Below, piece after piece: positions 14,755 through 27,591 of a stretch of 64,000 bases of DNA. This stretch comes from Macrostomum lignano (taxonomy: Eukaryota), in NCBI GenBank assembly GCA_002269645.1, contig NIVC01000644.1, forward strand, positions 135,996 through 199,995. Reading direction: 5' to 3'. Under the pieces are notes generated by a model. It did no database searches, was not told where the DNA came from, and saw nothing but the letters and a program-made list of their open reading frames with translations. Every line of letters starts with the position of its first letter. Position 1 is the stretch's first letter. Position numbers and translations under genes: made by a program.

Positions 14755-16561
14755 CAGGGAGAGACAGGGAGAGACAGGGATAGACAGGGAGAGAGACAGA
14801 GAGAGACAAGGAGAGACAGGGAGAGACGGAGAGGTAGGGAGAGACAGGGAGAGACAGGGAGAGACAGGGAGAGACAGGGGAGAGACAGGGAGAGACAGGG
14901 AGAGAGACAGGGAGAGAGACAGGGAGAGACAGGGAGAGAGACAGGGAGAGACAGGGAGAGACAGGGAGAGAGGCAGGGAGAGACAGGGAAAGACAGGGAG
15001 AGAGACAGACAGAGAGACAGGGAGAGACAGGGAGAGAGGCAGGGAGAGAGACAGGGAGAGACAGGGAGAGAGACAGGGAGAGACAGGGAGAGACAGGGAG
15101 AGACAGGGAGAGACAGGGAGAGAGGCAGGGAGAGAGACAGGGAGAGACAGGGAGAGAGACAGGGAGAGACAGGGAGAGACAGGGAGAGACAGGGAGAGAC
15201 AGGGAGAGACAGGGAGAGACAGGGAGAGACAGGGAGAGAGACAGACAGAGAGACAGGGAGAGAGGCAGGGAGAGACAGGGAGAGACAGGGAGAGAGACAG
15301 ACAGAGAGACAGGGAGAGACAGGGAGAGAGACAGACAGAGAGACAGGGAGAGACAGGGAGAGACAGGGAGAGAGAAGAAGAGAGAGACATGGAGAGATAC
15401 AGGGGGAGAGAAAGGGAGAGACATGGAGAGACAAGGGGAGGCAGGGAGAGAGACAGGGAGAGACAGGGGAGAGACAGGGAGAGACAGGGAGAGAAAGGGA
15501 GAGACAGGAGAGGCAGGGAGAGAGACAGTGAGAGACAGGGAGAGACAGGGAGAGAAACAGAGAGAGACAGGGAGAGGCAGGGAGAGAGACAGACAGAGAG
15601 ACAGGGAGAGACAGGGAGAGAGACAGGGAGAGACAGGGAGAGAGACAGGGAGAGAGGCAGGGAGAGAGACAGGTAGAGACAGAGAGAGGCAGGGAGAGAG
15701 GCAGGGAGAGAGACAGGGAGAGAGACAGGGAGAGACAGAGAGAGGCAGGAAGAGAGGCAGGGAGAGAGGCAGGGAGAGAGACAGGGAGAGAGACAGGTAG
15801 AGACAGAGAGAGGCAGGGAGAGAGGCAGGGAGAGAGACAGGGAGAGAGACAGGGAGAGACAGAGAGAGACAGAGAGAGAGAAGAAGAGAGAGACATGGAG
15901 AGATACAGGGGGGGAGAAAGGGAGAGACATGGAGAGACAAGGGGAGGCAGGGAGAGAGACAGGGAGAGACAGGGGAGAGACAGGGAGAGACAGGGAGAGA
16001 AAGGGAGAGACAGGAGAGGCAGGGAGAGAGACAGTGAGAGACAGGGAGAGACAGGGAGAGAAACAGAGAGAGACAGGGAGAGGCAGGGAGAGAGACAGAC
16101 AGAGAGACAGGGAGAGACAGGGAGAGAGACAGGGAGAGACAGGGAGAGAGACAGGGAGAGAGGCAGGGAGAGAGACAGGTAGAGACAGAGAGAGGCAGGG
16201 AGAGAGGCAGGGAGAGAGACAGGGAGAGAGACAGGGAGAGACAGAGAGAGGCAGGGAGAGAGGCAGGGAGAGAGGCAGGGAGAGAGACAGGGAGAGAGAC
16301 AGGTAGAGACAGAGAGAGGCAGGGAGAGAGGCAGGGAGAGAGACAGGGAGAGAGACAGGGAGAGACAGAGAGAGACAGGGAGAGAGACAGGGAGAGAGAC
16401 AGGTAGAGACAGAGAGAGGCAGGGAGAGAGGCAGGGAGAGAGGCAGGCAGAGAGACAGGGAGAGAGGCAGGGAGAGAGACAGGGATAGAGACAGGGATAG
16501 AGACAGGGAGAGAGACAGGGAGAGAGACAGGGAGAGACAGAGAGAGGCAGGGAGACAGACA
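14755..16561. repeat. Purine-rich (GGGAGAGACA / GGGAGAGAGACA)n low-complexity array with a 506-bp internal duplication
   Basis: Directly visible; near-identical ORF translations at 15389/15895 and 15423/15929 give the 506-nt offset. Confidence 0.93.
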
Positions 16562-17387
16562 GAACGTACCGGGCTACCTGCTGTCACGCAGCTAATCAAT
16601 AGTGGAGTCGTGTGACTGCTAATTTGATTGCAGCATTTGCTTTTGCTCTCTAAATGTTTCCTAGAACGATTGTTTCTCATTTTCTAAGCTCACTCCTGTA
16701 CTTGTTCAGTGTATTTTTTTCTAGAACTGCTCAAATCGAAGACTTTGATAGCCGGGTCGAAAGTGAATATTGATACGAGATACAATGGACCAGAATGCTA
16801 TTTGACTAAATGTCCCTTTTTCCATCTTCATTAACATAAATTGGTGATTTACAAAAGTTGACTTGGTAAATTAACAAAAGATCATTTCATGAATCCTTAT
16901 CTCAACAGAAACAAACTTAATGGGACTGCAATTCGCAGGCATTATATTATTAGTGGGAAATGACCAACCAAACAGAGCTGCTGCTTATGCTTGAGTGACT
17001 AACTGAGCTCATTAATTATGCTTTCAGAGGCCGCAAGCAATCTGCAGCAAAATCCATCATTTTATAATTAAGCCCGCGTCCACTGAGATCTACCTGAGAA
17101 TTTCTTTTGATATTCGTTTTTCCCTCGCTCCGTCTCCCTCTTCTTTATCCCCTTCTGGCTTATCCCGAAAATCCTCTTTTGGCGAGCTTTTCCGTCCACC
17201 TGGCAAAGAATGAAGGCTGCATTAATAATCCTTGCTGCAGCTGCCTGCCTCTTTGAGTCTTTGTCTCCGTCTCTCTTCATCTGCGCCGACTAGCAAATAA
17301 GCTTGTTTACAGCCCTGAGGACTTTTAGTCTATCAGGTTTCCTTAGCTGGAAGACATTCATTCAGTTTTGAGTACTTTTGAGCCGAG

Positions 17388-18332
<945 letters not shown>

Positions 18333-18736
18333 ATTTGTTTGTTGTTGTTAGACTGTCTACCAGTTTCCTGTTTAGACTCTGCAGTCCAGGAAAAGCTATT
18401 AAAAGCTCACCCAGCACAAATGCGAGTTTTAGTAGACAGAAACGGTTGGATCAAACTGCGAAATGTCGGAAGTGAGCGGTTAGATTTTGATTTTGAAAAG
18501 CAAGACAGAAACATTCAACCTTAATTGTTGCTGCTGCTGAAAACGAATGAACCAGAGGGCTTAGGCTTGATTCTTTGCATCATTGGCTTTTCCCGCAGTT
18601 TTGTCTGCGTTCGCTGTTGTTCTGTTGACTTGACAAATCACGAGAGTTCAGACTGGGAGAGCTCCGTCAGATGGTCAGATGGGGCTACCAGGAGACATCA
18701 TTTGATGAAGCTTTTGGAGTTTGGAGTAAGGTTGTC

Positions 18737-19250
18737 TCTCTCCCTCTCCTCTCTCCCCCTCTCTCCCTCTCCTCTCTCCCCCTCTCATCCCTCTCCTCTC
18801 TCCCTCTCCTCTTTCTCCCTCTCCTCTCTCCCCCTCTCTCCCTCTCCTCTCTCCCCCTCTCATCCCTCTCCTCTCTCCCTCTCCTCTTTCTCCCTCTCCT
18901 CTCTCCCCCTCTCCTCCCTCTCCTCTCTCCCTCTCCTCTTTCTCCCTCTCCTCTCTCCCCCTCTCTCCCTCTCCTCTCTCCCCCTCTCATCCCTCTCCTC
19001 TCTCCCTCTCCTCTTTCTCCCTCTCCTCTCTCCCCCTCTCCTCCCTCTCCTCTCTCCCTCTCCTCCCTCTCCTCTCTCCCTCTCCTCCCTCTCCTCTCTC
19101 CCTCTCCTCCCTCTCCTCTCTCCCCCTCTCCCCCCTCTCCTCTCTCCCCCTCTCTCCCTCTCCTCCCTCTCCTCTCTCCCCCTCTCCTCCCTCTCCCTCT
19201 CCTATTCTCTCTGTCTCTCTCCATTGCCTTCTCCCTCTTTCTTTCCCTCT
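18737..19250. repeat. CT-rich low-complexity repeat
   Basis: Directly visible polypyrimidine tract. Confidence 0.9.
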
Positions 19251-19796
19251 CGCTGCCCTTTTCCTAGGAGTTCGCAGTCTCCTAATTTGCAATCGCATTC
19301 GGCTACAAAAGTGCAAGCCACTCACTGCTGCTGATGGGTATTATTTTCACTGATTTGCAAGACGAGTCCACTTTGCGCAAATGTGTGCCAGGCACTCCAA
19401 GTCAATCAGAAGTGGATCAGATCTCCATCAGCCGTATCTCTGTCTGCCCAGAATCTCGCAGCCTCATCGGCTAACTATAGTCCTTTCCATTAGTCGATGT
19501 TCCCTGGAAAGCTGGCCGACCAACTTCTTGATCTGGCTCCATGCGGGTCTCTCTGCAGGCGCCAACAATCCCCTGGGGAATTGAGTTCCGCAGATGAAGT
19601 GCAATGGTCCAGATCGAGGAAGTCAAATGTTTGATGAGCACAAAACCCCCACTTCTCGATTTGCAGGCGTTTTTGGCGTACGTCAAAAGGGTGCACCGAG
19701 ATTTTCAATATTTTCCTTTCTGGTGACTCTTCATCCACTCGCGCCGTCTCGTTTTTCCTCGGTGTGCAAACTGCCGGCTATTGACAGAAAATAACC

Positions 19797-20072
19797 CATT
19801 CTTTGGGAATCCCTGCTTTGGGAAATCCCTGCTTTGGGAATCCCTCTTCTGGGAATCCCTGCTTTGGTAAGTCCCTGCCTTGGGAATCCTTTCTTTGGGA
19901 ATCCCTCCTTTGGGAATTCCTCCTTTAGGAATCCTTCATTTGGGAATCCCGCGTACGGGAATCCCTGCTTTGGGAATCCCTTCTTTGAGAATCCCTCCTT
20001 TGGGAATCCCTGCTTTGGGAAACCTTCCCTTCGGAAACCCTTCTTTAGAAAATTCTGCTTTGGGAAATCCAC
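19797..20072. repeat. Degenerate 15-bp repeat (TTTGGGAATCCCTGC)
   Basis: About 17 units with a conserved GGGAATCCC core and variable flanks. Confidence 0.85.
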
Positions 20073-20099
20073 CTGAGAAAAAAAGGAAGAAAAACAGAA

Positions 20100-20335
20100 A
20101 TATTTTTATTAGAGGCTGGGGGCTGTATGCACCCTGGCGCATTTTAAGCGACACTGTGTCACACAACCGGCAAGCATGTACACTTCACTGTGCATTGGGG
20201 GTTGGTCCTCAGGCTGTTAATTGCACGAGCAGAGCCAAGCCGAGATTCCAATTCAGCCTCAAATTAATGTGATCGCACTTGGAATCGAGCCTGGGCCGCT
20301 GGCACATCAGAGCGCTGCGCCAGCCTTGCCGCCTC
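20100..20335 (-). mobile_element. tRNA-derived SINE copy (same family as 48550-48904)
   Basis: Reverse complement shares CCCAGGCTCGATTCCAAGTGC, GAATCTCGGCTTGGCTCTGCTCGTGCAATTAAC, CAGTGAAGTGTACATGC and GCGCCAGGGTGCA...GCCTCTAATAA with the 48.5-kb copy. Confidence 0.75.
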
Positions 20336-20844
20336 GATTTGATTAATCAAGAATGACAATAAAGTCTGCCGTTTACTCAATACGCTGATGCGAAACCTAA
20401 AGCCTATTTTTTATTGGTGTTTAACATAAAACATTCGCTATATCCATCACAAAACATCTATTTCAGTATCGAATTTTAGACTCGTATTGCACACAATACT
20501 TACAACAGAGAGTTTATATTGGAATCATATAGATATAAGTGTGTCACGGTTGTGCTGCTTAACAAATAGTGTTCACCTGTGTTTTACGGTTGCGAAGTGC
20601 CACGTACGATAAAGGAGTAAATTTCTTCTTTAATAAATTCCAAGAAACAATAATAGAATTGTCTTGATCACAAATCTCCACTAGGCAGAGTGCACAACAA
20701 CGCTAAATTTCACTGAAAAAATATATGTAAGAATGTAATATTTTTTTCCTTGACCTTACAGCAGACAGCTTTAGCAGAAGGGTGCAACACGCATAATCAT
20801 CTTGACTTTCGAATAGCAAACAGCGCGATTCCTTTGTTACCGCC

Positions 20845-21900
20845 CCCTCCGCCTCTTTGCCCCGTACCCATCCTCCTGTGCCTCTCTACCCCGTGCCCCT
20901 CCTCCACCTCTCAGCCCCGTGCCCCTTCTCCTCCGCCTCTCTATCCCGTACCCCTCCTCCTCTGCCTCTCTACCCCGTGCCCCTCCTCCTCCGCCTCTCT
21001 ACCCCGTGCCCCTCCTCATCCGCCTCTCTATCCCGTGCCCCTCTTCCTCTGCCTCTCCGCCCCGTGCCCCTTCTCCTCCGCCTCTCTATCCCGTGCCCCT
21101 CTTCCTCTGCCTCTCCGCCCCGTGCCCCTTCTCCTCCGCCTCTCTATCCCGTGCCCCTCCTCCTCTTCCTCTCTATCCCGTGCCCCTCCTCCTCCGCCTC
21201 TCTACCCCGTGCCCCTCCTCCTCTGCCTCTCTACCCCGTGCCCCTCCTCCTCTGCATCTCCGTCCCCGTGCCCCTTCTCCTCCGCCTCTCCGCCCCGTGC
21301 CCCTCCTCCTCTGCCTCTCTACCCCGTGCCCCTCCTCCTCCGCCGCTCTATCCCGTGCCCCTCCTCCTCTGCCTCTCTACCCCGTGCCCCTCCTCCTCCG
21401 CCGCTCTATCCCGTGCCCCTCCTCCTCTGCCTTTCCACCCCGAGCCCCTTCTCCTCCGCCTCTCTATCCCGTACCCCTCCTCCTCCGCCTCTCTACTCCG
21501 TGCCCCTCCTCCTCCGCCTCTCTATCCCGTGCCCCTCCTCCTCCGCCTCTCTACCCCGTGCCCCTCCTCCTCCGCCTCTCTATCCCGTGCCCCTCCTCCT
21601 CTGCCTCTCCGCCCCGTGCCCCTTCTCCTCCGCCTCTCTATCCCGTACCCATCCTCCTCTGCCTCTCTACCCCGTGCCCCTCCTCCTCTGCATCTCCGCC
21701 CCGTGCCCCTTCTCCTCCGCCTCTCTATCCCGTGCCCCTCCTCCTCTGCCTCTCTACCCCGTGCCCCTCCTCCTCCGCCTCTCTACCCCGTGCCCCTCCT
21801 CCTCCGCCTCTCTATCCCGTGCCCCTCCTCCTCTGCCTCTCCGCCCCGTGCCCCTTCTCCTCCGCCTCTCTACCCCATGCCCCTCCTCCTCCGCCTATCT
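20845..21900. repeat. 29-bp C-rich minisatellite (CCCCGTGCCCCTCCTCCTCCGCCTCTCTA)
   Basis: Directly visible; lies just past the GPCR stop codon. Confidence 0.93.
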
Positions 21901-21955
21901 GCCTCTGTTCTACTGCGTCTGTGGTGTTGCACCGCCCTGGCTATCCACTTGTCTG

Positions 21956-23098
21956 TCATATCCGCCTCAACTGCACGGACTCCTCCCGAGACCGCTGCTC
22001 TCCAGCTGAGCAGGGCCTCAGCTTGTTGCGAAACGATGGAATCGAAACCACGTAGACAACAAAGTTGGCGAAGGAGTCCATGCTAGTGAGGGTGTTGGCC
22101 ACGCCGCTGAACACGTGCACCTTCATGCAGTGGTCGCCGCACTCGAAGTCCTTGATGATGCCAGCAATTAGCATGGGCAGCTCGCAGAGCACGAAGCTGC
22201 CGCAGAGCACCAGCACTGTGCGGTTGACGGCGTCGCTCTGGCTTCGTCGATGACGCATCGAGGTTGAGTTGGTCGACTCACGGTCGCGAGTGCTGCTCAC
22301 GCTGTTGCTGATCGGCACCTGCAGGACGTTGGCGGTATTGGCGGCTGCCCGCAGGCTGCAGGTCATCAGCGTGCTGATCACCAGCAGGCACACGATGGGC
22401 ATCGGAGACGTCAGGACGAAGAACAGCTTCGGGTAGGCGCTGTACCTGCGGCTGTGCGCGAACGCGGCCGGCGCCAGGCGCACGATCTGCCGCGACTCGG
22501 CGCACAGGAAGTAGGCAAGCTCGAAGGCACGCGGAGTCGTCAGCAGCGCCGCCAGCAGGCCGATGAGCAGCAGGCTCAGCCGGAAGGAGCGGCGCGACTG
22601 GCTCCGCTGGCTGCTCAGGCTGGCGCTGATGGCGCGGTAGCGGCGCCAGGCGATGAGCACGATGATCCAGTTGCGCAGGATCAGCGAGGATTTGTAGATG
22701 ATCCAGACCACCTGGCACACCAGGTAGATGAGGAACTGGGCTACAGCGAGAGAACTGCCAATGGGCATCAGGTGACTATTGGTGCTCCCAACCAGCAGGT
22801 AAAACAGCTCGAATGACAGGCCGCAGCTGTTGAAGCAGACCTCGCAGCAGCTCAGGTAGAATATCATCGAGATGAACAGGCTTCGACGCTTGAATGATAG
22901 GAACACCTTGATGGAGACCAGATTCACCATGAGCCCGATCATGGCCGCGATGCACTTGATGAAGTAGAGGCTGTCCAGCATCACCTGCGTGGGACCATTG
23001 TCCGCGTGGAATAGCGGCGTCTGCGGCTCAGTGCAGTTCCCGTGCACAATGTACACCATGCCGAAGGGCACATCGTCGGTGTGGTTCTCATCGAACAT
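21956..23098 (-). CDS. Rhodopsin-like (class A) 7TM GPCR, peptide/FMRFamide-receptor-like, intronless
   Basis: Seven hydrophobic segments; GLMVN in TM1, WRRYRAI at the DRY position, P in TM4 (LTTPR), FVLCELP in TM6, NFVVY in TM7; N-terminal NxT sequons. Coordinates start at the MFDEN Met; an upstream in-frame start at 27935 is displaced by the copia insertion. Confidence 0.88.
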   Translation of the reverse strand: MFDENHTDDVPFGMVYIVHGNCTEPQTPLFHADNGPTQVMLDSLYFIKCIAAMIGLMVNLVSIKVFLSFKRRSLFISMIFYLSCCEVCFNSCGLSFELFYLLVGSTNSHLMPIGSSLAVAQFLIYLVCQVVWIIYKSSLILRNWIIVLIAWRRYRAISASLSSQRSQSRRSFRLSLLLIGLLAALLTTPRAFELAYFLCAESRQIVRLAPAAFAHSRRYSAYPKLFFVLTSPMPIVCLLVISTLMTCSLRAAANTANVLQVPISNSVSSTRDRESTNSTSMRHRRSQSDAVNRTVLVLCGSFVLCELPMLIAGIIKDFECGDHCMKVHVFSGVANTLTSMDSFANFVVYVVSIPSFRNKLRPCSAGEQRSREESVQLRRI

Positions 23099-23129
23099 GG
23101 CTCTGAAAACGGTGTGATAATGGCGTGTG

Positions 23130-23416
23130 TGTTGAAGTTTGCTTCTTTTAATTAAGTATATTTTATCAGTTTGAACAAAAAGAAATACACAAGATGAAAA
23201 ATTGAGCAGTTTGGGGGGGGCACTTAAAGTATTAGCGTATTTGCGATATGAACTAACAACCATAGATATATCGGTACGATACTGTATTGAATATTTATTG
23301 AACTTTCTAGAAAGGGATACGCACAGCTATTTGCATTAACAATATTAATCAATATTATGTATCTGACAATTACTATATAAAGTACTAAAAGTACGAGCTA
23401 TATACTATAAACAACA
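23130..23416 (-). repeat. 3' LTR of the copia element, 287 bp
   Basis: Direct repeat of 27621-27907; no differences found by eye. Confidence 0.97.
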
Positions 23417-23541
23417 CTCCCACTTAATTGTCAGAAACTTATCATTGGAAGATTTAAGTTAATCGCGGTAGATTACTCAGTAGTCTCTGATATTAAAAAT
23501 GGATGACAATGACATTAGTTACTTCAGTTACTCCAGTTACT

Positions 23542-26500
23542 TCAATTCATATCCATACACTTAATACCAAGCATTGATCGCAGATTTTCAAACTGATGCC
23601 TGGGAATTGGCTTTGTTAGAATGTCCGCCAGCATTTCCTTTGTCGGACAGTATTCCAGTTTCACAGTACCAGCTTGAATAGCATCTCGAATAAAATGATA
23701 GCGGATGTCAATATGCTTTGTCCGCTTGTGTCGAATCGGATTTTTTGACATTGCAATGGCTCCTTGATTGTCTTCCTTAATTACAGTTGACCCAGTGATA
23801 TTGGCACCCAAATCACTTACAAGTCGACGAAGCCATATTGCCTCCTGTGTCGCAGACGCAAGGGCCATGTACTCAGCTTCTGTCGTTGACAACGCCACCG
23901 TGGTTTGCTTTTGACTTAACCATGTTACTGCTCCACCGGCCATAATGAAAACACTTCCAGTGACTGAGCGTCTGCTATCCAAGTCCGACGCCCAATCAGC
24001 GTCTGAGTAGCCAATGATCTCGTTACTTTCAGACTTCTCATATTTCAGAACGACGTCCGATGAGCCTTTCAGGTATCGAAGAATTCTCTTGGCAGCGGTG
24101 AGATGAGCCTCAGTTGGTTTGGAATTGAATTTCGATACTGCTCCCACTGCTTGAGCAATGTCTGGCCGTGTAGCGATCGCTGCGTACAATAGGCTGCCTA
24201 CAATTGATTGATAGGCCTTTGGATCCACGAATTTGCTGTAGCCATCGTTTTCAACGAGCTTGACGCTTGAATCCATTGGGGTTGTGGCTGGGTTTGCTTC
24301 CAACATTTTAAACTTCTTCAGTAGTTGCATAATGTATTGCTTCTGATGAAGTTGAAGAAATCGTCTCTCTGAGTCAATCACTATTGTCACTCCTAAACAG
24401 TAATGAAGCTCTCCCATATCTTTCATCTTGAATCGTCGAGTGAATTCCTCCTTGATACTCTGCATTTCATCCATAGTATCAGTAGCCATCACCAAGTCGT
24501 CAACATAAACCGCAATGATTGACATGTTTCCAAGTTTGCGAGTGAACACACATGGGTCTGCTCCACTTTCCTTGAATCCAATCGAGATTAGGTAATCACA
24601 GAGGGCCTTGTTCCAACACCGGGGTGATTGCTTTAGACCATATAGCGATCTTTTCAGCTTGCAGACTAAATTCTCTTCGTCGCATTTAACGTATCCGGGT
24701 GGTTGATCCATGAAGATTTCTTCTGTTAAATGTCCGTTTAGAAATGCAGTGACCACATCCATTTGATGAATGTGCATTTCTCGTTGAGTTGCGAATGCCA
24801 GTATAGTACGGATTGATGAGAATCTTACCACAGGAGAAAACGTCTCGTCATAATCCACTCCAGGTTGTTGAGAATACCCTTTGGCAACCAGGCGTCCTTT
24901 GAATCGTTCAATGTTTCTGCAGCTGTCATGCTTCACTTTGAATACCCACTTGCAGCCAACAGTCTTTCGTCCTTCTGGAAGAGGAACTAATTCCCACGTA
25001 TCATTTTCTATCAGAGAGTTGTATTCCGAGTCTGTTGCTTCTTTCCATTCCTTCGCATTGTCACAACTCCAAGCCTCGTCAATCGATCTGGGTTCCAAAA
25101 TCTCCATGGCTCGAAAAGCACGATGTTGTGGCTCTGTTGTACTTAGGCTAGCTACTTCGAAGTTCTCATTGTATTGAAAACGCTCTGGGGTTTTCCTTTG
25201 TCGCGTGGTCGTTGGCAGAATTTGTTGGATTTCAGTTTCAATTTCTTCATTCGGAGTTGTTCGGCTGTTGTGCTCGTCGAGGTTGACTTCCATATGTGAA
25301 TTTATCTTTTCATTGTTCTGCTGGAAATCATTCAACTTTCCGAAGTCTCCCTCATTGAAGATGACATCGTAACGAACAACTGTTTTCCTAGTTCTTTCGT
25401 CAAACAATCTGTAGCCCTTTTGATTGTCACTGTAGCCAACGAACCTTAGCTTGGTAGTCTTCTTATCAAGTTTTTGTCTCTCTACTGTAGGAATGTGAGC
25501 ATAAGCTACACAGCCAAACGTTCGAAGATGTGAGATGTTTGGCTTTCGTCCACACCATCTTTCGTAGGGTGTCATCATTGGCGCTACCGAGTTCGTCGGG
25601 ACTCTGTTGCGGATATACGCGGCTGTGTTGATGGCTTCTGCCCAATAAGCATTGCTAAGACCAGCATGAGTTATCATTGTTCTAGCAGATTCGATGAGAG
25701 TACGGTTCATTCTTTCAGCAACACCGTTCTGTTCTGGTGTATGGGCTACCGAAATTTCGTGTCGAATTCCTTTTGCAAGTAAAAACGCAGAAAATTCCTT
25801 GGACATGTACTCTCCTCCACCATCAGTTCGGAGAACTTTTATTGTTTTTTCAGTCTCATTTGTCACCTGCGCTTCGAATTCCTTAAACTTCTGGAAGACT
25901 TCAGACTTAGTCTTCAGAAAATAGACCTTCACAATGCGAGAGAAATCATCGATGAAAGTCGCAAAAAATCGATTCCCGCCAAACGACTGCGTCTGCATTG
26001 GTCCACAAATGTCACTGTGCACAAGTTGCAGTACTTCTGATGAGCGAATTTCTCCGACTGATTTGTGATTCTTTCGATGCGCCTTTCCTTCAACGCACGC
26101 TTCACAGAAATTCATATCACTCACAATGGAAGTGTCAGTACCCTCGACGTACCTTTTCTTGAATAGTTGTTCGAGTTGATTTCTGTGGAGATGTCCTAGA
26201 CGATGATGCCACAAATTGGCAGTTTCGAGCTCTGACTTTGTAGTCGTTACTGCAGCTGTAGCTAAGTTGTAATCTACATCACACTCAAGTTGATACAATC
26301 GATCAACTAGTGTTCCAAAGCCTACTAGCTTCCCTGTTTGGTTTCGAATCCAGCACCTAGTGTGACCAAACTGAATGACATTGTTCTTAAGTGTAGCCGC
26401 ACGTACACTGAACAGATTGCAGGCTAGTCTAGGTACGAAAAGTACAGATCCAAGAACTGCGTTAGAACGCTCACCACCAGGGAGTCTCGTGACGATGTTC

Positions 26501-27555
26501 ACTCGTCCAGTTCCGTAAGCTTGAACTGTTCGCCCGTCTCCGAGCCCTACATTTTCCGGTTCATCGAATTCAGTGTAGTCTTTTAGAGCATTCCTTTGAC
26601 AGGTCATATGTCTTGTCGCACCAGAGTCAATTATCCACCGTGCGGTTGTGTCCTGAGGACCAGTTTCTTCAGAGGTAAGAAATGTAGCGGCACTATCGGC
26701 TATCTCGTTGTCCAGGTTCGGATTCGAATGACTCGTACTTTCTGCAGCTTTAGCTTTATGCAGAGTCGATTTTGAGTTTTGCTGCCTGTTGCTCACGTTG
26801 AACCTGCACTCTCTACTGAAGTGTCCTTCCTTGCCACATGTGTAGCACTTAATTGGTCTGCGTCCCTTAAATTTGTCAACACGAAGAGCAGATTCCGAAT
26901 CACGGGATTCGTATTTCATAGTTTCACTTCGTTTCATTTCTTCATTAAGCAGTGCTTGTTGAACCGTCAGCAAAGTCAGCTCCTCTTCCTTTCGGGTCTC
27001 CAGAGCCGTAACCAGATGACTGTAGCTGTCAGGTAGACTGCTAAGAAGAATCACAACCTGGTCTTCGTCAGACACAGCAGCATTAATGGACGCCAGCTTG
27101 TCAGTTAACTCCTTCAGACAGCGAATGTGCTCCTGAACTGGAGTCCCATCAGTCATCTGCAGTCTAAATAGTTTTTTCTTCAAAAACAACTTGTTGGCAG
27201 TCGAGTCACGTTCGAAATGACCACATAAAATTTGCCACATCTGCCTCGGATCATCATCGCATGTAGTCACAAGGTAGATGTACTCACTGCTGAGAGACAG
27301 AACTATCATTGCTGCTGCTCGCTGTTGCTGTTCCTTGAATTCATTGCGTCGTGCTTCATTTGCGTCTTGCTGAAGAACATCTTCTCCGGTAGCTATGCCC
27401 CAGAGTCTTCTTGCGATTAAGCAATGTTTCATTTGGATTTTCCACGTCATCCAATTGTCCTTCGTGAGCTTCTCTATGTGCCATTTTTCTTCGCTTGCAG
27501 CCATAGCAACGTAACTGATCGACCGAGCGATCAAGTTTCCAGATGGCACGAACAA
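23542..27555 (-). CDS. Copia Gag-Pol polyprotein (Gag, CCHC knuckle, protease, integrase, RT, RNase H), 1337 aa, uninterrupted
   Basis: CYTCGKEGHFSREC; WIIDSGATRHMT; LWHHRLGH...CEAC; VHSDICGP, LRTDGGGEY, QNGVAERMNRT; YVDD; GYSDADWA; TKHIDIRYHF. Integrase precedes RT, the copia order. The true start is probably the MAASEEK Met. Confidence 0.98.
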   Translation of the reverse strand: MFVPSGNLIARSISYVAMAASEEKWHIEKLTKDNWMTWKIQMKHCLIARRLWGIATGEDVLQQDANEARRNEFKEQQQRAAAMIVLSLSSEYIYLVTTCDDDPRQMWQILCGHFERDSTANKLFLKKKLFRLQMTDGTPVQEHIRCLKELTDKLASINAAVSDEDQVVILLSSLPDSYSHLVTALETRKEEELTLLTVQQALLNEEMKRSETMKYESRDSESALRVDKFKGRRPIKCYTCGKEGHFSRECRFNVSNRQQNSKSTLHKAKAAESTSHSNPNLDNEIADSAATFLTSEETGPQDTTARWIIDSGATRHMTCQRNALKDYTEFDEPENVGLGDGRTVQAYGTGRVNIVTRLPGGERSNAVLGSVLFVPRLACNLFSVRAATLKNNVIQFGHTRCWIRNQTGKLVGFGTLVDRLYQLECDVDYNLATAAVTTTKSELETANLWHHRLGHLHRNQLEQLFKKRYVEGTDTSIVSDMNFCEACVEGKAHRKNHKSVGEIRSSEVLQLVHSDICGPMQTQSFGGNRFFATFIDDFSRIVKVYFLKTKSEVFQKFKEFEAQVTNETEKTIKVLRTDGGGEYMSKEFSAFLLAKGIRHEISVAHTPEQNGVAERMNRTLIESARTMITHAGLSNAYWAEAINTAAYIRNRVPTNSVAPMMTPYERWCGRKPNISHLRTFGCVAYAHIPTVERQKLDKKTTKLRFVGYSDNQKGYRLFDERTRKTVVRYDVIFNEGDFGKLNDFQQNNEKINSHMEVNLDEHNSRTTPNEEIETEIQQILPTTTRQRKTPERFQYNENFEVASLSTTEPQHRAFRAMEILEPRSIDEAWSCDNAKEWKEATDSEYNSLIENDTWELVPLPEGRKTVGCKWVFKVKHDSCRNIERFKGRLVAKGYSQQPGVDYDETFSPVVRFSSIRTILAFATQREMHIHQMDVVTAFLNGHLTEEIFMDQPPGYVKCDEENLVCKLKRSLYGLKQSPRCWNKALCDYLISIGFKESGADPCVFTRKLGNMSIIAVYVDDLVMATDTMDEMQSIKEEFTRRFKMKDMGELHYCLGVTIVIDSERRFLQLHQKQYIMQLLKKFKMLEANPATTPMDSSVKLVENDGYSKFVDPKAYQSIVGSLLYAAIATRPDIAQAVGAVSKFNSKPTEAHLTAAKRILRYLKGSSDVVLKYEKSESNEIIGYSDADWASDLDSRRSVTGSVFIMAGGAVTWLSQKQTTVALSTTEAEYMALASATQEAIWLRRLVSDLGANITGSTVIKEDNQGAIAMSKNPIRHKRTKHIDIRYHFIRDAIQAGTVKLEYCPTKEMLADILTKPIPRHQFENLRSMLGIKCMDMN

Positions 27556-27591
27556 CCAGATTACCAGAATGATCTAGTACATCGAAGTACT

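Noticed and set aside
14707-16680. Long L/S/P/C-rich and E/R/G-rich ORFs
   Set aside because: Translations of a GA/CT low-complexity array; the same applies to ORFs at 1312-2277, 18525-19334, 20750-22086 and 31098-33883.
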